From the human T2T-CHM13v2.0 reference genome, Homo sapiens: 64,000 nucleotides of DNA. Below, one piece after another: positions 41,717-54,000 of this stretch (position 1 is the first letter of the stretch; every line of letters starts with the position of its first letter). The stretch lies in NCBI RefSeq assembly GCF_009914755.1, contig NC_060937.1. One strand, written 5' to 3'. The notes under the pieces were generated by a model. It was not told the origin of the DNA. It searched no databases and saw only the letters and a program-made list of their open reading frames with translations. The translations under genes and the position numbers were made by a program.

Positions 41717-42020
41717 TTATTATTATTATTTATGAGATGGAGTCTTGCTTTGTTGCCCAGACTGGAGTGTAGTGGTGCAATGTCAGCTCACTGCAACCTC
41801 CGCTTCCTGGGTTTCAAGCGATTCTCCTGTCTCAGCCTCCCGAGTTGCTGGGATTACAGGCATGCACCACCATGCTTGGCTAATTTTTATATTTTTAGTA
41901 GAAACGGGGTTTTACCATGTTGGCCAGGCTGGTCTCGAACTCCTGACGTCAGGAGATCCACCAGCCTCGGCCTCCCAAAGTGCTGGGATTAGGATTACAG
42001 GCGTGAACCACTGCACCTGA
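41717..42020 (-). mobile_element. Alu SINE (AluS-type) with (TTA)n tail
   Basis: Reverse Alu GAGATGGAGTCTTGCTTTGTTGCCCAG...GTGAACCACTGCACCTG. Small internal duplication GGATTAGGATTACAGG. Confidence 0.96.
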
Positions 42021-42327
42021 TTCATTATATAATAATTAAATAATTATATATTTATATATAATTAAATAATAATTTAATTAATAATTAAACAATAATTAAT
42101 TATATATAAATAATTAAATTATTATTCTCAATGATTACAACAAAATCTTTGAATGCTATATACTTTAACAGTCAAAGATTTGCATGCTTCTTTTTTGAGA
42201 GGAGGGTGCACAGTACCAGTGTCTGCCTAACTTGGAAGTCACTAAACAAGATTTCCTCAACATGCATTGGTGATGTCTATGACAAAACATCACTGACATT
42301 ACATTCAATCAACTTTACACTGATGCA

Positions 42328-43045
42328 ATAGCTTACATTTTACAAAATATGTCAGATGCATCATCTTACTGAACAGCCCCAATAATTCTTTGAGGTAGAT
42401 ATTGTTATTTTCATTTGTGGAGAAGACTGATGTTCAGCGAGGTTTAACTACTGAAGCTCATATGGCCACCATGGTGGTATGAAAATACACCCTTTTTTTT
42501 ATATCATTCCTCACTTCATACAAGGGAGGCTAGTTTTCTTGCTCTGAAGTATGACCACCCTTAGTGACTCACTTCCAATAAACTGAATGTGTATAAATGG
42601 TGACTTGTGACGTCTAAGACCAGGTCAAAAAGGCATTATGGTTTCCTTCTCACCCTCTCTTTCTTGTATCTCCCATTCTGGGGAAAGTCAGCTGCTAAAA
42701 AGTGAGGCCAGTCAAGCTGCCAGTGAGGAGTGGATATCTTCTGCCAATACCACATAAATAAGATACCTCGGATGCCGATGCTGCAGCCACTGTCATACCT
42801 ACAGGTGGCTGCTGCCCTGACTGGCATCATCACTGTAACCTCATGAAAGATCCCAAGCCAGAACCGTCCAGTTTAGCCATTCCCAAATGCTTGACCCATC
42901 AAATCTGTAAGAGATAACAAATACTTACTGTTTTAAGCCACTAAGTCTTGGGATAATTTGTTACACAGCAATAGTTAACTAACACAGCTACTGGTAACAA
43001 AGGCTGGATTGGAACCCGGATTCTTTGATCCAAGATTCAGAGTAA
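42328..43045 (-). mobile_element. MIR SINE split by an MLT1F-like LTR
   Basis: Left part CAATAATTCTTTGAGGTAGATATTGTTATTTTCATTTG...ACTGATGTTCAGCGAGGTTTAAC (to ~42469) continues collinearly as GCTACTGGTAACAAAGGCTGGATTGGAACCCGG (from 42987). Confidence 0.6.
42470..42986 (+). mobile_element. MLT1F-like MaLR solo LTR
   Basis: CTTAGTGACTCACTTC...GACCAGGTCAAAAAGGCA, CTGTAACCTCATGAAAGATCCCAAGCCAGAAC, and TTTTAAGCCACTAAGTCTTGGGATAATTTGTTACACAGCAATAGTTAACTAACACA end. 5-bp TSD GCCAC/GCTAC. Confidence 0.88.
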
Positions 43046-45325
43046 TTTTTACTATACTACAGATGCTTTCTTCTTGAAAAACTATAAACCAGTTCATTAT
43101 ATTGCTGCAAACATGAATAATCCACATGTAATTGTAGCTTTGTAATCAGCACTCTCAGTAATGGGAGGCATTTGCCATTTTGCAGATATTTCCTGTCACT
43201 GCTTCAGGGCTCACATCCCCAGCATGACATAACATTTAGTGGTTAATAGGAAGAACAGGCAGAGAAATTCTCACGTGCAACGAAATCCATGCAGTATTCG
43301 TGGAATAAATCATGCAAGTGTTTTAGAACATACTTTATTTATATAGCATATAAATAAAAAGATTTTATCCCTGCTAGGGTTTATACCTGCGATAGTCCAA
43401 TCACTCTAGAACAGGTAATTAATTAGAGTAGCTATAGTTAGCCACTGTATTGCTATATAATTGTTAAATTTTATATTAATCCTGTTTGTCTATATGTTTT
43501 CTTTGTTTGTCCAAAAAAAGATGATTATGAACAGAGCAGTTACCAGGACAGAAGAATATATTTTGCACACATGAATATTATCAAAGGTATAGGATTTTTT
43601 CTAAACATATAAAATAATTAATATTTAATAATTATAGCTATGTTTAATAATTATAGCTATCAATTAGTAAAGCTATATTTAATAATTATAGAAATCAATT
43701 ATTAAACTTTATTATTTTGACATATCCACACAGGTGCGCATGTGCACACACACTTATTCATGTCCCCCCTGCAGACGTCTTGATGCCTCTTCTCTCTCAA
43801 GTCCAAAAATGGAAGCAAAGGCAGCAAATGTCTGGAACAGCTTTAACAAAACTTCAATAAGAGAACAACGCATGGCTTGCAGGTTTTAAAGCTCTACCCC
43901 ATGTGTTCTCATCTTGGAATAAGTCATTTTTACAGTCCCATACCATGTCTGACAAAGGCCAGATTCTATGTGGAAATCATGTGCTTCCTAAAGCTTTGCC
44001 TGAAAATGGGCCATTCTTTTCAACAGAATTTGCCATTTCTGGTCAAATGGAAGAGAAATACCACAGGCAGGGCTAGTAGTAACCTGCCACTGTCTCACTC
44101 TTGTAATGCTGGTTTTTTTCCTCCTTATTTGAGCTCAACTAAGGTGCTAATCACTTTGGTATGTGTATGTGCGTGCCTGAGTCTTAGTCAATGTGGCCAA
44201 CAACTGACTCTTTTTCTCAAATTTTTCAATTCTCTACTGTGCTGTGTGCTGTGTTTCTACTCTAGATGCAGGAATACATCAGAGGTTGCTAGGAAGTTTT
44301 TCCTGGTGTTCAAAGAACTGCAACTGGGTTTCATTAAAAAAAAGAGAAAGCAGGTGTAAAATTACTTAAATAAAAAGTAGCCTCCAAATTGTTGACATCT
44401 ATTTTTTGTGGGGTACATACAAAGGTACCTTTAAAACTGTAAGAATTATAGCTTACATTTGCTAATTGTGTTTATCTGTGGATTCTACATTACATAAACA
44501 ATTCAAACCTCAAGCATAAACATTTAAAAAACACATATGAATAGCAAAACAAAAGAATAGAAGATTTTTTAAAATCAGAATGTGTGGACTTTCAGTTTTA
44601 TCTCCTATGTGTGAAAGCTTGGACTTCATTATTCCTGTTCTTACAAGGAAAAGCAGGACAAAGTGAAAATCAATGAATTTTATTGGATGCATCAGAGAAT
44701 AGAAGTTATAGGATAAAGCACCACCTCATCCAGCAGATGCAGCTGAGATCCGCTTAGGTGGAATAATAAGTGAATACAGCAAGGTTACAGGATATCAGGG
44801 CAATATAAAAAGTCCATGGCTTTCTCATACATGAAAGACAAAGATTTGGAATTAAAATGTAAAAAAAACCTTATAATTTACAATAGCATCCAATAAATGA
44901 TATACTCAAATATAAATCTAACAAAATATGCACAGGATTTGTATGTTGAAAACTATAAAACATTGATGAAAAAATCAAAGATCTCAATAAATGGAGCAAT
45001 ATTTCATGTTTATGCATTAGAAGACATAACATTGTTGAGATGTCAATTTCCTTCAACCTAATCTGTAGATTCAATGTAACCACAAAAAGAAAATCGTGGC
45101 AAGCTATTTTGTAGATGGAAACAAACTGATTCTAAATTTCATACAAATGGCACAAGACCTGGGAAAACAAATACAGTAGTAAAAAAGAATAAGAAGAAAG
45201 TCAAAAGACTTGTCCTATTAGCCTTCATGATTTACTGCAAAGCTACAGTAATCAAGATAGCATGATATTAGCCAATCAATAAACACTTAGATCAATGGAA
45301 CAGAACAGAAAAGACAGATATCATC

Positions 45326-45673
45326 GGTATTAGTTTATTTTGTGCTCCTGATAGAAACTGGGCAATCTACAAAGAAAAAGATGTTCAATGGACTCACAGT
45401 TCCACGTGGCTGGGGAGGCCCACAATCCTGGTGGAAGGAAAAAGGCATGTCCCACATGGCGGCAGCAAAAGAGAAAATGGGAACCGAGTGAAAGAGGTGC
45501 CCCTTATAAAACCATCAGATCTCATGAGACTTATTCACTACCACAGGACAGTATAGGGAAAACCTCACCCATGATTCAATTATCTTTCACAGGGTCCCTC
45601 CCACAACACGTGGGAATCATGGGAACTACAATTCAAGATGAGATTTGGGTTGGGACACAGCCACATCATATGA
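45326..45673 (-). mobile_element. THE1 (THE1B/C-like) MaLR solo LTR
   Basis: GGACTCACAGTTCCACGTGGCTGGGGAGGCC, CCTTATAAAACCATCAGATCTCATGAGACTTATTCACTA and CAATTCAAGATGAGATTTGGGTTGGGACACAGCC are reversed THE1 motifs. Confidence 0.93.
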
Positions 45674-47394
45674 TTATTGTACAGAAATACCATCATTTAA
45701 TCTTTGACAAAAGGGCCAAAAAGGTTGAAAGAAAAAGAGAATAGTTTTTTCAACAAATGATTCTGGATTAATTGAACATCCACATACAAAAATAAATAAA
45801 TAAATAAACTTAGAAAAAGACCTTATACCTTACACAAAATTAAATCAAAATGGATCACAAATGTATGTAAAATACAAATGATGAAATTTCTAGACAAAAA
45901 CATAATAGAAAATCTGTCTGACCCAGGATTTGGTGATGAGTTTTTAAACATAACACCAATAGCACAATCAATTAAACAAATAGATGTGTTGGACTTTATC
46001 AAAATTAAAAACTTATGTTTTATAAAATAAATTGTTCAAAGAATAAAAAGACAATCCACAGACTAAAAGGAGATATTTGCAAAACACATATCTAATAAAT
46101 TACTTATATATAAAATATACAAAGCCATTTTAAAACTCACCAAAAAGAAAACAACATAATGAAAATAATTGCTGACAATGAAATGGAGTAATGGGAACTT
46201 TCATCCACTGCTGATCAGAACTCAAAATGGCACAACTGCTTTAGAAGACAATTTGTCAGTTTCTTAACAAGGAAAAATGTAGCATTATCATATAATCCAG
46301 CAATCAGACTACCAGGTGTTTAACTAACTTATTTGAACATTTATATCCACACAAAAAGCAGCATGCATATTTATACATGTGGCAACTTTATTTATAATTG
46401 TCCCAAATTGGAAACAATCAAGATGCCTTTCAATAGGTGAATGAACAAATAAACCATGGTATATCCATGTGATGAAATATTATTCAGTGATTTAAAAATG
46501 GGCTATCAACATACACAAAGACATGGATGAATCTTAAATCCATATTACTAAATGAAGGAAGTCAGTCTGTAAAAGCTACATACCCATGAGTTCATTTATG
46601 TGATATTCTGTAAAGAGCAAAACTTTAGAGCCAGTAAGCAATCAGTAATTTCTAAGGGAGGGAAAGGTTGACTGGGTGAATCACAGGGCTGTTCTTGGGC
46701 TGTAAAATTATTCTGTATGATACTGTAATGGTGAATACATGACACTATGAGTTTGTCAAAACCTTGGAGAAATGGTTAATCCTGGAGCTACATAAGGTAA
46801 TATACAAGATAAGCCTGGAGCATCTTGACATTTTAGAAAGTAAGAAAGTGCTAAACAGACCAAGCTGCAATAACATCAAAAGCACACAGCAGCTACTTAA
46901 AGTGTCCGATGACCAAAGCTGGAACAATTTGAGCAAAAATAAAAAAGATTGGATTATAACCCAAAGTACAAGAGAAATGTCCATGAGTTCTTATTGATAT
47001 AGCTAAAATACAATATAGAAACAGGGAAAAAATTAACTTTACAGTGGAGAATCCTGACAAATACTACCTCAACCAGGTGATCAGTGTTAACATCAATAGT
47101 TTTAAGTCATGTCAATAGTATAAACCCTTGATATGCTGTGATGAGAATGTATTTTACCTCTGTGACAGTCCATCCCCACAAGCCCTAAGTCCAGTCTAAT
47201 CATGGTAAAAAATCAGAAAAATTACAAGAAAGGAACATTTTACAAAATATCTGACCAGCACTCCTCAAAACTGTGAAGGTCATCAAAAATAAGAAAATCC
47301 TAAGAAACTGTTATAGCCAAGAAGCACCCAAAGAGACAAGATTAGTGAAAGTTCTGTGGTATCCTGGATGGAATGGAATTCTGGAGCAGGCAAA

Positions 47395-47630
47395 ATATAT
47401 ATATATTTTTTTACATGTGTATATATATTTATTTTATATACATTGTATATAAATATATAATATATATTTGTTACATATTTAATAATGAGAGCAAAACTTT
47501 AGAGCCAGTAAACAATTCAGTGATTTCTAGGGGAGGGGACGGGATATATAAAATATATATATAATATACGTATTTAAATATATGTGTGTGTGTGTATATA
47601 TAATATATATATATATGTATAACATATATG
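47395..47630. repeat. (TA)n-rich low-complexity tract
   Basis: Degenerate TA/TG runs flanking a 50-bp non-repetitive insert. Confidence 0.85.
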
Positions 47631-48894
47631 GAGCATTCTGTAATCTCTGTGTGTTTTTTTGTTAATTTAAAACTATTCTAAAAATAATGTTTATTTTATA
47701 AAGTCAGAATAAAAATAAAAATCCAGAAAGTGTTATAACTGTGAAACGGGACATTTATTAAGAAAAGGAACAAAATAATTAGATTTTTTAGTAAGTTTTT
47801 TTCTCATTATTCTGCTCATACATAGTCATAAATATTCAGTCAGTGTATATAAAATATTGAGGCATATAAGGAGTATCTATATTGAGCAAATAATTTTTAT
47901 TTATTTGCAGCAACATATTGAGTCAAACATGATAATTCACTTTCATAATACATATTTTGGACTTTGTTGTCCAAGTGATTCTGATATTTCTAGAGTCTGT
48001 CCTTCATATTTTCCTATTTCAAAAACTAATGTAGTTATATTCTGAATGGAGAATCATAGCTTCATATAACAGAGTGGTGAGATAGAAGAAGTGGGGGAGT
48101 GAAAAGTTCCAGTCCCTGTAACGTGGTAGTTACTAAATTGCTATGGCCTAAATTTTTGCATGTAAAGTAGTATATGTCTATCCTTATACAACTGTATGTT
48201 TAATTGATAGTGGTTTAATTCCCCAAGTGGTTTAATTCATAAAGCAATTCCTTGGCAAGAATGTGGAGAGACATCATGAGTGTCCTAGGTATTCAATAAT
48301 AGATTTCAAAAGTTGTCCTTGCAATTAATGTTTTATTATCAATAAAACTTGAAAGATAACTAGAGCTAACAAAAAGGCAATGACTGCAAAAATTACTGAA
48401 CTTAGCTTCACTTTTATAGTGTTTTTTTCTAGAGGCGGCTGGGTTCAAGAATAAGGTTAGTGTATTCTTACTTTAGCTTATTACCTCTTTTTATTTTAAC
48501 AAATGAGAATAGGATTTATTCTTGGCAGCCTTCAGAAAAGGAAATATCTTCCTCTCTCTTTTCTAATTGCTGTTTCAGGATTCAAAAAATAAATAAAGAC
48601 TTGCTTACACAGTTCAAACATGAGAAGTATTCCTTCTTCTTGAAAATGCCTACTTTACAGCAGCTCTGAATTGGTACTTGCCCTCAAATGAGTTTATTCA
48701 TCATTCTGAAGGTCTGACCTTGTATTAAAAGAAAATAATGCTCATTTCACAAAACCTTTCAAAATGGTGATTTTGAAGGGTGTATTAGTAACAATTACGG
48801 CAAAGTTAGCTTCCTATACTTGGAAGAGATGAGGATCTACTCATCTCCCCCTAATTAACTGGTATGGTCATCACCCTCAAATACCTACACCTAG

Positions 48895-49245
48895 GATATA
48901 TGATGGACCAAACTTTTTTCCCTTCCCCTATTGCCTTGTCTGCTTCTACTATAGAGATTGTGGAGGCAAAAACCTTCATTTCCCCTCCTTTTTCACTGTT
49001 AGAAATGATTGCTTCTGGGCAGTGATACGTACATCAAAGTCTCCCAATGTCACTCCTCTCTTCTTTGACTTTCCCGCCTGAAGGTGCTAAAACCACTGCA
49101 GGAAGTTACAAAGGGTCTGGCTTCTTGGTGTTATTCTCCCCAAATGCTCACCCCTGAATGTTTTGCACAAGATAAATTATTTGTGTTTAAGCCACTACAG
49201 TAACATTTTCTGTTATGAGTAGTTGAACCTAGTCCTAAATGCTGT
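48895..49245 (+). mobile_element. Ancient MLT1-like LTR relic
   Basis: CCTTCATTTCCC...CTTCTGGGCAGTGATACGTA and GATAAATTATTTGTGTTTAAGCCACT...TTTCTGTTATGAGTAGTTGAACCTAGTCCTAA resemble old MLT1 motifs. Confidence 0.4.
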
Positions 49246-49374
49246 AATAAACATGGAGACAGCAAAAGCAGCTGATGACTTTTAAATGGCTAACACTCTA
49301 TAGGTCCACGTGAATAATATCCAAGATACTGCAGGAAACTGTCATTGGTAATATTGAAGTGCTTGAACAGTACT

Positions 49375-49580
49375 GAAAGAATTCTTTGAATGCATTAATT
49401 CAGTAATTTTGAAAGAATCCCTGTGTGAAAGGTAATATTCTCATTCCTGTTTTTTTTCTTGAGCAGACTGAATTTCAAAAAAATGTTTCAGTGATCTGTA
49501 AATATATAACTGTGCTCACACAGCTGGTGAGTAAAAGAAGTTAATTTATAACCCCATCTGATTCAGAGGCTAAACTACTA
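49375..49580 (-). mobile_element. MIR SINE fragment
   Basis: GCATTAATTCAGTAAT...GAAAGGTAATATTCTCATTCCTGTTTT...GAGCAGACTGA...TCACACAGCTGGTGAGT...TCTGATTCAGAGGC. Confidence 0.55.
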
Positions 49581-49933
49581 CAACTTTCCTACTTCTGGCC
49601 TTCTTGTGATATGACACATTAACTCTCTTTATTATTTAATACTTTTTTATGGGAGTCTAATCACATTATAACGTATATACATCAAATTTGGAACTAATTA
49701 TCTAGTATAGTAGAAGATAGAATCAGACTTAGAAATATGTTATATGACAGCAAGTCCTACATTCACTCAATAAATACATTTTATTTAAATTAAAATTATT
49801 TAATATATGTCAACTACATAATATTCAGTAGGAATATAATAAGTAGAATTAGACATGGCCCTGCCCTCTTGAAATTAACTGTGCAGTGGTAGAGAAAAAA
49901 ACTGAACCACAAAATTCAATGTAAGATTACAAT

Positions 49934-50235
49934 TTTTTTTTTTTTTTTTTGAGACGGAGTCACGCTCTGTCGCCCAGGCTGGAGTGCAATGATGTGATCT
50001 CAGCTCAACTCACTGCAACCTCTGCCTCCCAGATTCAAGCAATTCTTCTGTCTCAGCCACCCGAGTAGCTAGGATTACAGGCATGAGCCACCGTGCCTGG
50101 CTAATTTTCATAGTTTTAGTAAAGGCGGGGTTTCACCACATTGGCCAGGCTGGTCTGGAACTCCTGACCTCGTGATACACCTGCCTCGGTCTCCCAAAGT
50201 GCTGGGATTACAGGCGTGAGCCACCACACCTGGCC
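49934..50235 (-). mobile_element. Alu SINE (AluSg-like)
   Basis: Poly-T tail, GGCCAGGCTGGTCTGGAACTCCTGACCTCGTGAT, and TSD AAGATTACAAT at 49923-49933 and 50236-50246. Confidence 0.97.
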
Positions 50236-50585
50236 AAGATTACAATGTTTTTTAAGTGCTATCAGGAGAGGGGTATAACTTGGTCTTGCCTGAACAGTCA
50301 AGGAAAAGGCCCTGACAAAATAAAAATGAGATAAACTTGGATAATCATAGGTTTGAACCAGGCAGCAAAGTAGGAGATTTAAGAGAAAAATATTGAAAGT
50401 AAAAATAAATAAATAAATAAATTATACACTTCTAAGATGCAGTGATGAGAAGTTGAGAAACCTATGAAGAAATTAAGGAAGGCTGAGCCAGAAAGTGAGG
50501 GGAATCCTGGTTCATGACAATATTGAAGAGAGGAAGTTAGGGTAACTAGCAGCATTGTAAGAGAGCCTTGTACTCCAGATAGAGG

Positions 50586-50820
50586 GCTTGGGTCTCTATC
50601 CTGAGAGCAGCAGGGTATCATAGATTTTGGTCTTTATCCTAAGAGAGATGAAGTGTTATAAGGTTTGGGTCTTTATTATAAGAGGAGGGAGGATCACAGT
50701 GTTTGAGTCTCTATCACAAAAATGGTGGAGAATAAGAAAGTTTAAGTCCCTATCCTAAGATCAATGGGGCTTCATAGTGTTTTGTTTTTTATCCCAAGAG
50801 CAATAGGAAATCATTACGGA
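50586..50820. repeat. Degenerate 38-39 bp tandem array, six copies
   Basis: Core TT(G/A)GTCTYTATCCTAAGAG recurs with TATC/TATT anchors at 50597, 50635, 50674, 50712, 50751 and 50790. Confidence 0.8.
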
Positions 50821-52179
50821 TTTCTAATAGTAGAATACATTATCATATCTATCACTCTGGCTGATATATGGACAAAACTGGAGGGATAAGAAGATGCTTG
50901 AGGTAGTGAAACCAATGAGAAAAACATATGGCTAATGGTTTAGTCTAAGTGATATGGTCCAGATGAAATGGTGATGGTGGTGTCATGGTATGGATGAACG
51001 TGGTTAAGTTAGAAGCAGATACAGGTAAGAGATATTTAGAAAGTAAAATCAACAGAGTTTGGTAATAAACATGTAATGGCAGGTGAAAGTGTAGTGAGAT
51101 AAAGTATCATTTATTAGTCTTAGATTTCTGGTGTAAATAATTCAACACAAAGTGGGATCATTGCCAGAAGTAGTGAACACCCCAAGAGAAGGAAAGAGAT
51201 TTGGAAAAGAAAGTCATGAATTCCTTTTTGGACACAGTGAATTGAGAGGCCTTTAAAACATCCAGATGAGATGTCAAATGGCAATTTTTGATAGGGTTGG
51301 TGTCAGTGGGGAGTTCTTGGTTGAAAAAAAAACCAACAAATTTCTGAGAACTGATTTCAACATCTTACTGGTTCTTTCGTTAAACTGATGAGTTAAATAA
51401 CATTTGACATATGTTTATTTGATATTTCCATGAGAATTGTGATTTTACCTGTGGGAATGTTATGTGTTAATGGGTTTAGAGGTAGATTATCTGCCAAAAT
51501 GTCTAGTTCATCAACTTAGAGTCAGGTAAACTGTGGGGCTGAAGAAATGGACCTCCTGAATTGCTTAAGCCCATGAACAATTTTCCTGCCTCCCAGAGAG
51601 GGTATCAAATGGCAATAGATATTTAACCTTGTTCACTCTGTTTCTTTAACTTTGTTTCCTACTAACTATATATTTTGTTTTGTTGCTGAGTAAGACATAG
51701 CTGATGGCTTATTTTCCACTGGAGGAAGCAATTAGGAATTTGGCTTTATGATCTGCCAATTCGATGATCTCTGTAGGTCTACTGTCTGTTGAATAAAAGA
51801 TGACGTAATCGGCTTATTATTCTTATTGTCTATTTTGTTTTACTTGTGAGCTCAAATCAATTGAGAATTTTATGCACATTGGGAAACTGAACTTCTCTTT
51901 GAGATCTCAGCCATTGGATTTTTGCATCTTTGTGTGTATTCTTGACTCGTGGCTGAAGTGGAAGATATCAGGCTGTGAGTTCTCTAACACGTTTGTGACT
52001 CTGTAATTGTGAAAGGTCTTGACCTCAGTTAGTGGATATAAATGTTCCTATCTCTTTAATTAAAGAGGTACTATTCTAATTGGCTTTTAAAGATAAATGT
52101 ACATATAAATCCAATTTTTCCAAATTCAAAAAAAAGAAAAATAAACTAATACTTTAAATACACTAGATTAAAAATATCA

Positions 52180-52448
52180 TCTTTAATAGTGTATTGTATA
52201 CTTAAAATTTGCTAAGTGGATAGATATTAAGAGTTTTCACCACAAACACACAAAGATAACCATGGTATGTAATAGATACATACACTAAGTTGTTTGTGAT
52301 TGTCACGTCACAGTGTATATGTATGTCACAACATCAAGTTGTACATTAAATATTTGGTTTGTGTAAAAGTAATTGCTGTTTTGCATCAACCCAACATATA
52401 CATTTTTTATGTTAATTATAAACCAATAAAGTTGGAAAACATTAAAAA
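52180..52448 (+). mobile_element. L1MA-type LINE-1 3' end
   Basis: GTATTGTATACTTAAAATTTGCTAAG...TTTCACCACAAA...ACATCAAGTTGTACA...TTTTTATGTTAATTATAAACCAATAAAGTTGGAAAA. Confidence 0.85.
52353..52394. mobile_element. Internally deleted MADE1 (Hsmar1-derived mariner MITE)
   Basis: TTTGGTTTGTGTAAAAGTAATTGCTGTTTTGCATCAACCCAA matches both MADE1 ends (TTAGGTTGGTGCAAAAGTAATTGCGG...TTTTGCACCAACCTAA), follows a TA, and interrupts the L1MA. Confidence 0.75.
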
Positions 52449-54000
52449 TGTTCTTATAAAACCTTTAGTTCAGAAGCATTTTTAAATTCCAAGTTTATCT
52501 AATTCCATTATTAGGCAAATTATATAAATAATTTCATTTATTAAAAAGTCTATATGTTTTTTCTGATAAAGCCACACTAAATATAATTTGACCTACAATT
52601 CACTCTATTTTGGTTGCTTTTCTCATGATGATAAGAGTCAAACTGCAATTTCTGAATTTATAGTGGTCTATCGATCATAAAAACTAACATTATTTCTGCA
52701 CAATGTGTAAAATATGAAAAATTGCATTAAATTAAATTATTATTATGATAAACCTTTTCTGTCAATAGTAACTATGTGTTGCAGTGTGACAGCTTTAACT
52801 TAGTTTCTAACTTCCTTAGGTTACTTAAGACCTTGACTAATGTTAAATACCCTTAAAATTGGAGAATTCTTAGAAAACAAAGTAACTTCTAATGAATGTA
52901 TAACAGTTGAGTCCTTGACTACTAAATATAAATTTAAGTTTACATACTTGTGCTTGTTATTTTTATATGCTGTCCAGAAGACTATCTCTTGGGATACATC
53001 TATATCAATGAGTATATTTATTTTTGCCATGGCAAGCAGATGTAAAGGATGGATGACACGGCCACCAGGTGTGTTTCCTGTGACCTTTGGTAATACAGTA
53101 AATACTGTATGACATCCGTTCTTAATTATTCCCCCATTAACCCAGTTTTTTCTATGAAATAAGCTTAATCAAATGGGTGATTGAGACTCTACTAAGGATA
53201 ATAGAGTCAGGGAAACACAAGTGTGTATATTTTTGTCTTTCGAGGAAAAGAATTAGTTTTGTATTTTAGAAAAGTGACAGATCTTTCCAGAATATGAAAG
53301 AGTATAGTGAAAAACAAAACTTAGAAATTGAATTTTGTCTTTGTTAATAACACATTAATCTAAAACAAAACTAAAATATTTTATATTTTGGCAAATTTCA
53401 CTCTGTTTTTGATGTGCTTGTTCCCTTGGTTTAATGATGCGTGACTTGCCTACAATGTGAAAAGTCATTTTTTAATCTTTTGTGTAATCAAAATTCTGAT
53501 AATAGGTGATAGAGATTCTGTATCCCACTTGAATAATTTTTCTGTGTTTACTTTCATATATCTTTGATTACTAAAAATAAAACATTTTCTAGCTTTGGAA
53601 AGAGCTAAGAATATTTATAATTGTGGAAACTTCTAAGTTTACTTTAAAATATTTTGATGTCATTTTGATGAATTAACCAACCACTGTTTTTTAGGTATTC
53701 ATGATCTTATCCTAAATAAGTGCCCAAATCTCCACCAACAATTATTTAGATTTTGGCTTTCTAAGATTGTATCCTAAATTAAGAAAAATGAATCAAATGT
53801 CTACATCTCTTTTGAGATTTCATAAAAATTTATTCTTTCACCTTAAGAAAAGAGTGATGCTACAAATAATTATGTTTTGTGATGTGCACTATATTTCTTA
53901 AATTACCTCGACACTATGGTGAGAGCTGCATAGCAAGCATTATTAAATTGGGAAAGATCCTCAGCTATTGCTAGATAAAATTTAAACAGAAAAATATTAT

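Larger units (their letters stand above)
44585..47700 (+). mobile_element. L1MC/L1MD-type LINE-1 (5' piece, ORF2 3' half and long 3' UTR), interrupted by THE1
   Basis: CAGCAAGGTTACAGGATA, GAAAACTATAAAACATTGATG, AAAGCTACAGTAATCAAGA, TCTTTGACAAAAGGGCCAAA, CCAAAGCTGGAACAATTTGAGCAA, CTTTACAGTGGAGAATCCTGACAAATACTACCT, and terminal AAAACTATTCTAAAAATAATGTTT. Confidence 0.82.
49760..51330 (-). mobile_element. L2 LINE 3' portion, interrupted by an Alu
   Basis: Starts CATTCACTCAATAAATA (reversed L2 3' end). Also AGACATGGCCCTGCCCTCTTGAAATTAAC, ATCACTCTGGCTG, GAGATATTTAGAAAGTAAAATCAACAG and TTTTGGACACAGTGAATTGAGAGGCCTTTAAAACATCCA. Confidence 0.8.

Noticed and set aside
43620-43705. Repeated TTTAATAATTATAG units
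   Set aside because: Low-complexity AT slippage with no further structure; noted but not informative.
43877-44359. 160-aa ORF, the longest non-repeat ORF
   Set aside because: Non-ATG (TTG) start, Cys/Leu/Phe-rich composition typical of random AT-rich DNA, and no recognisable domain or splice context.
50586-50820. CRISPR-like repeat-spacer appearance
   Set aside because: Eukaryotic context, no cas genes, repeats not identical, and the 'spacers' are related to each other. It is a decayed tandem repeat.
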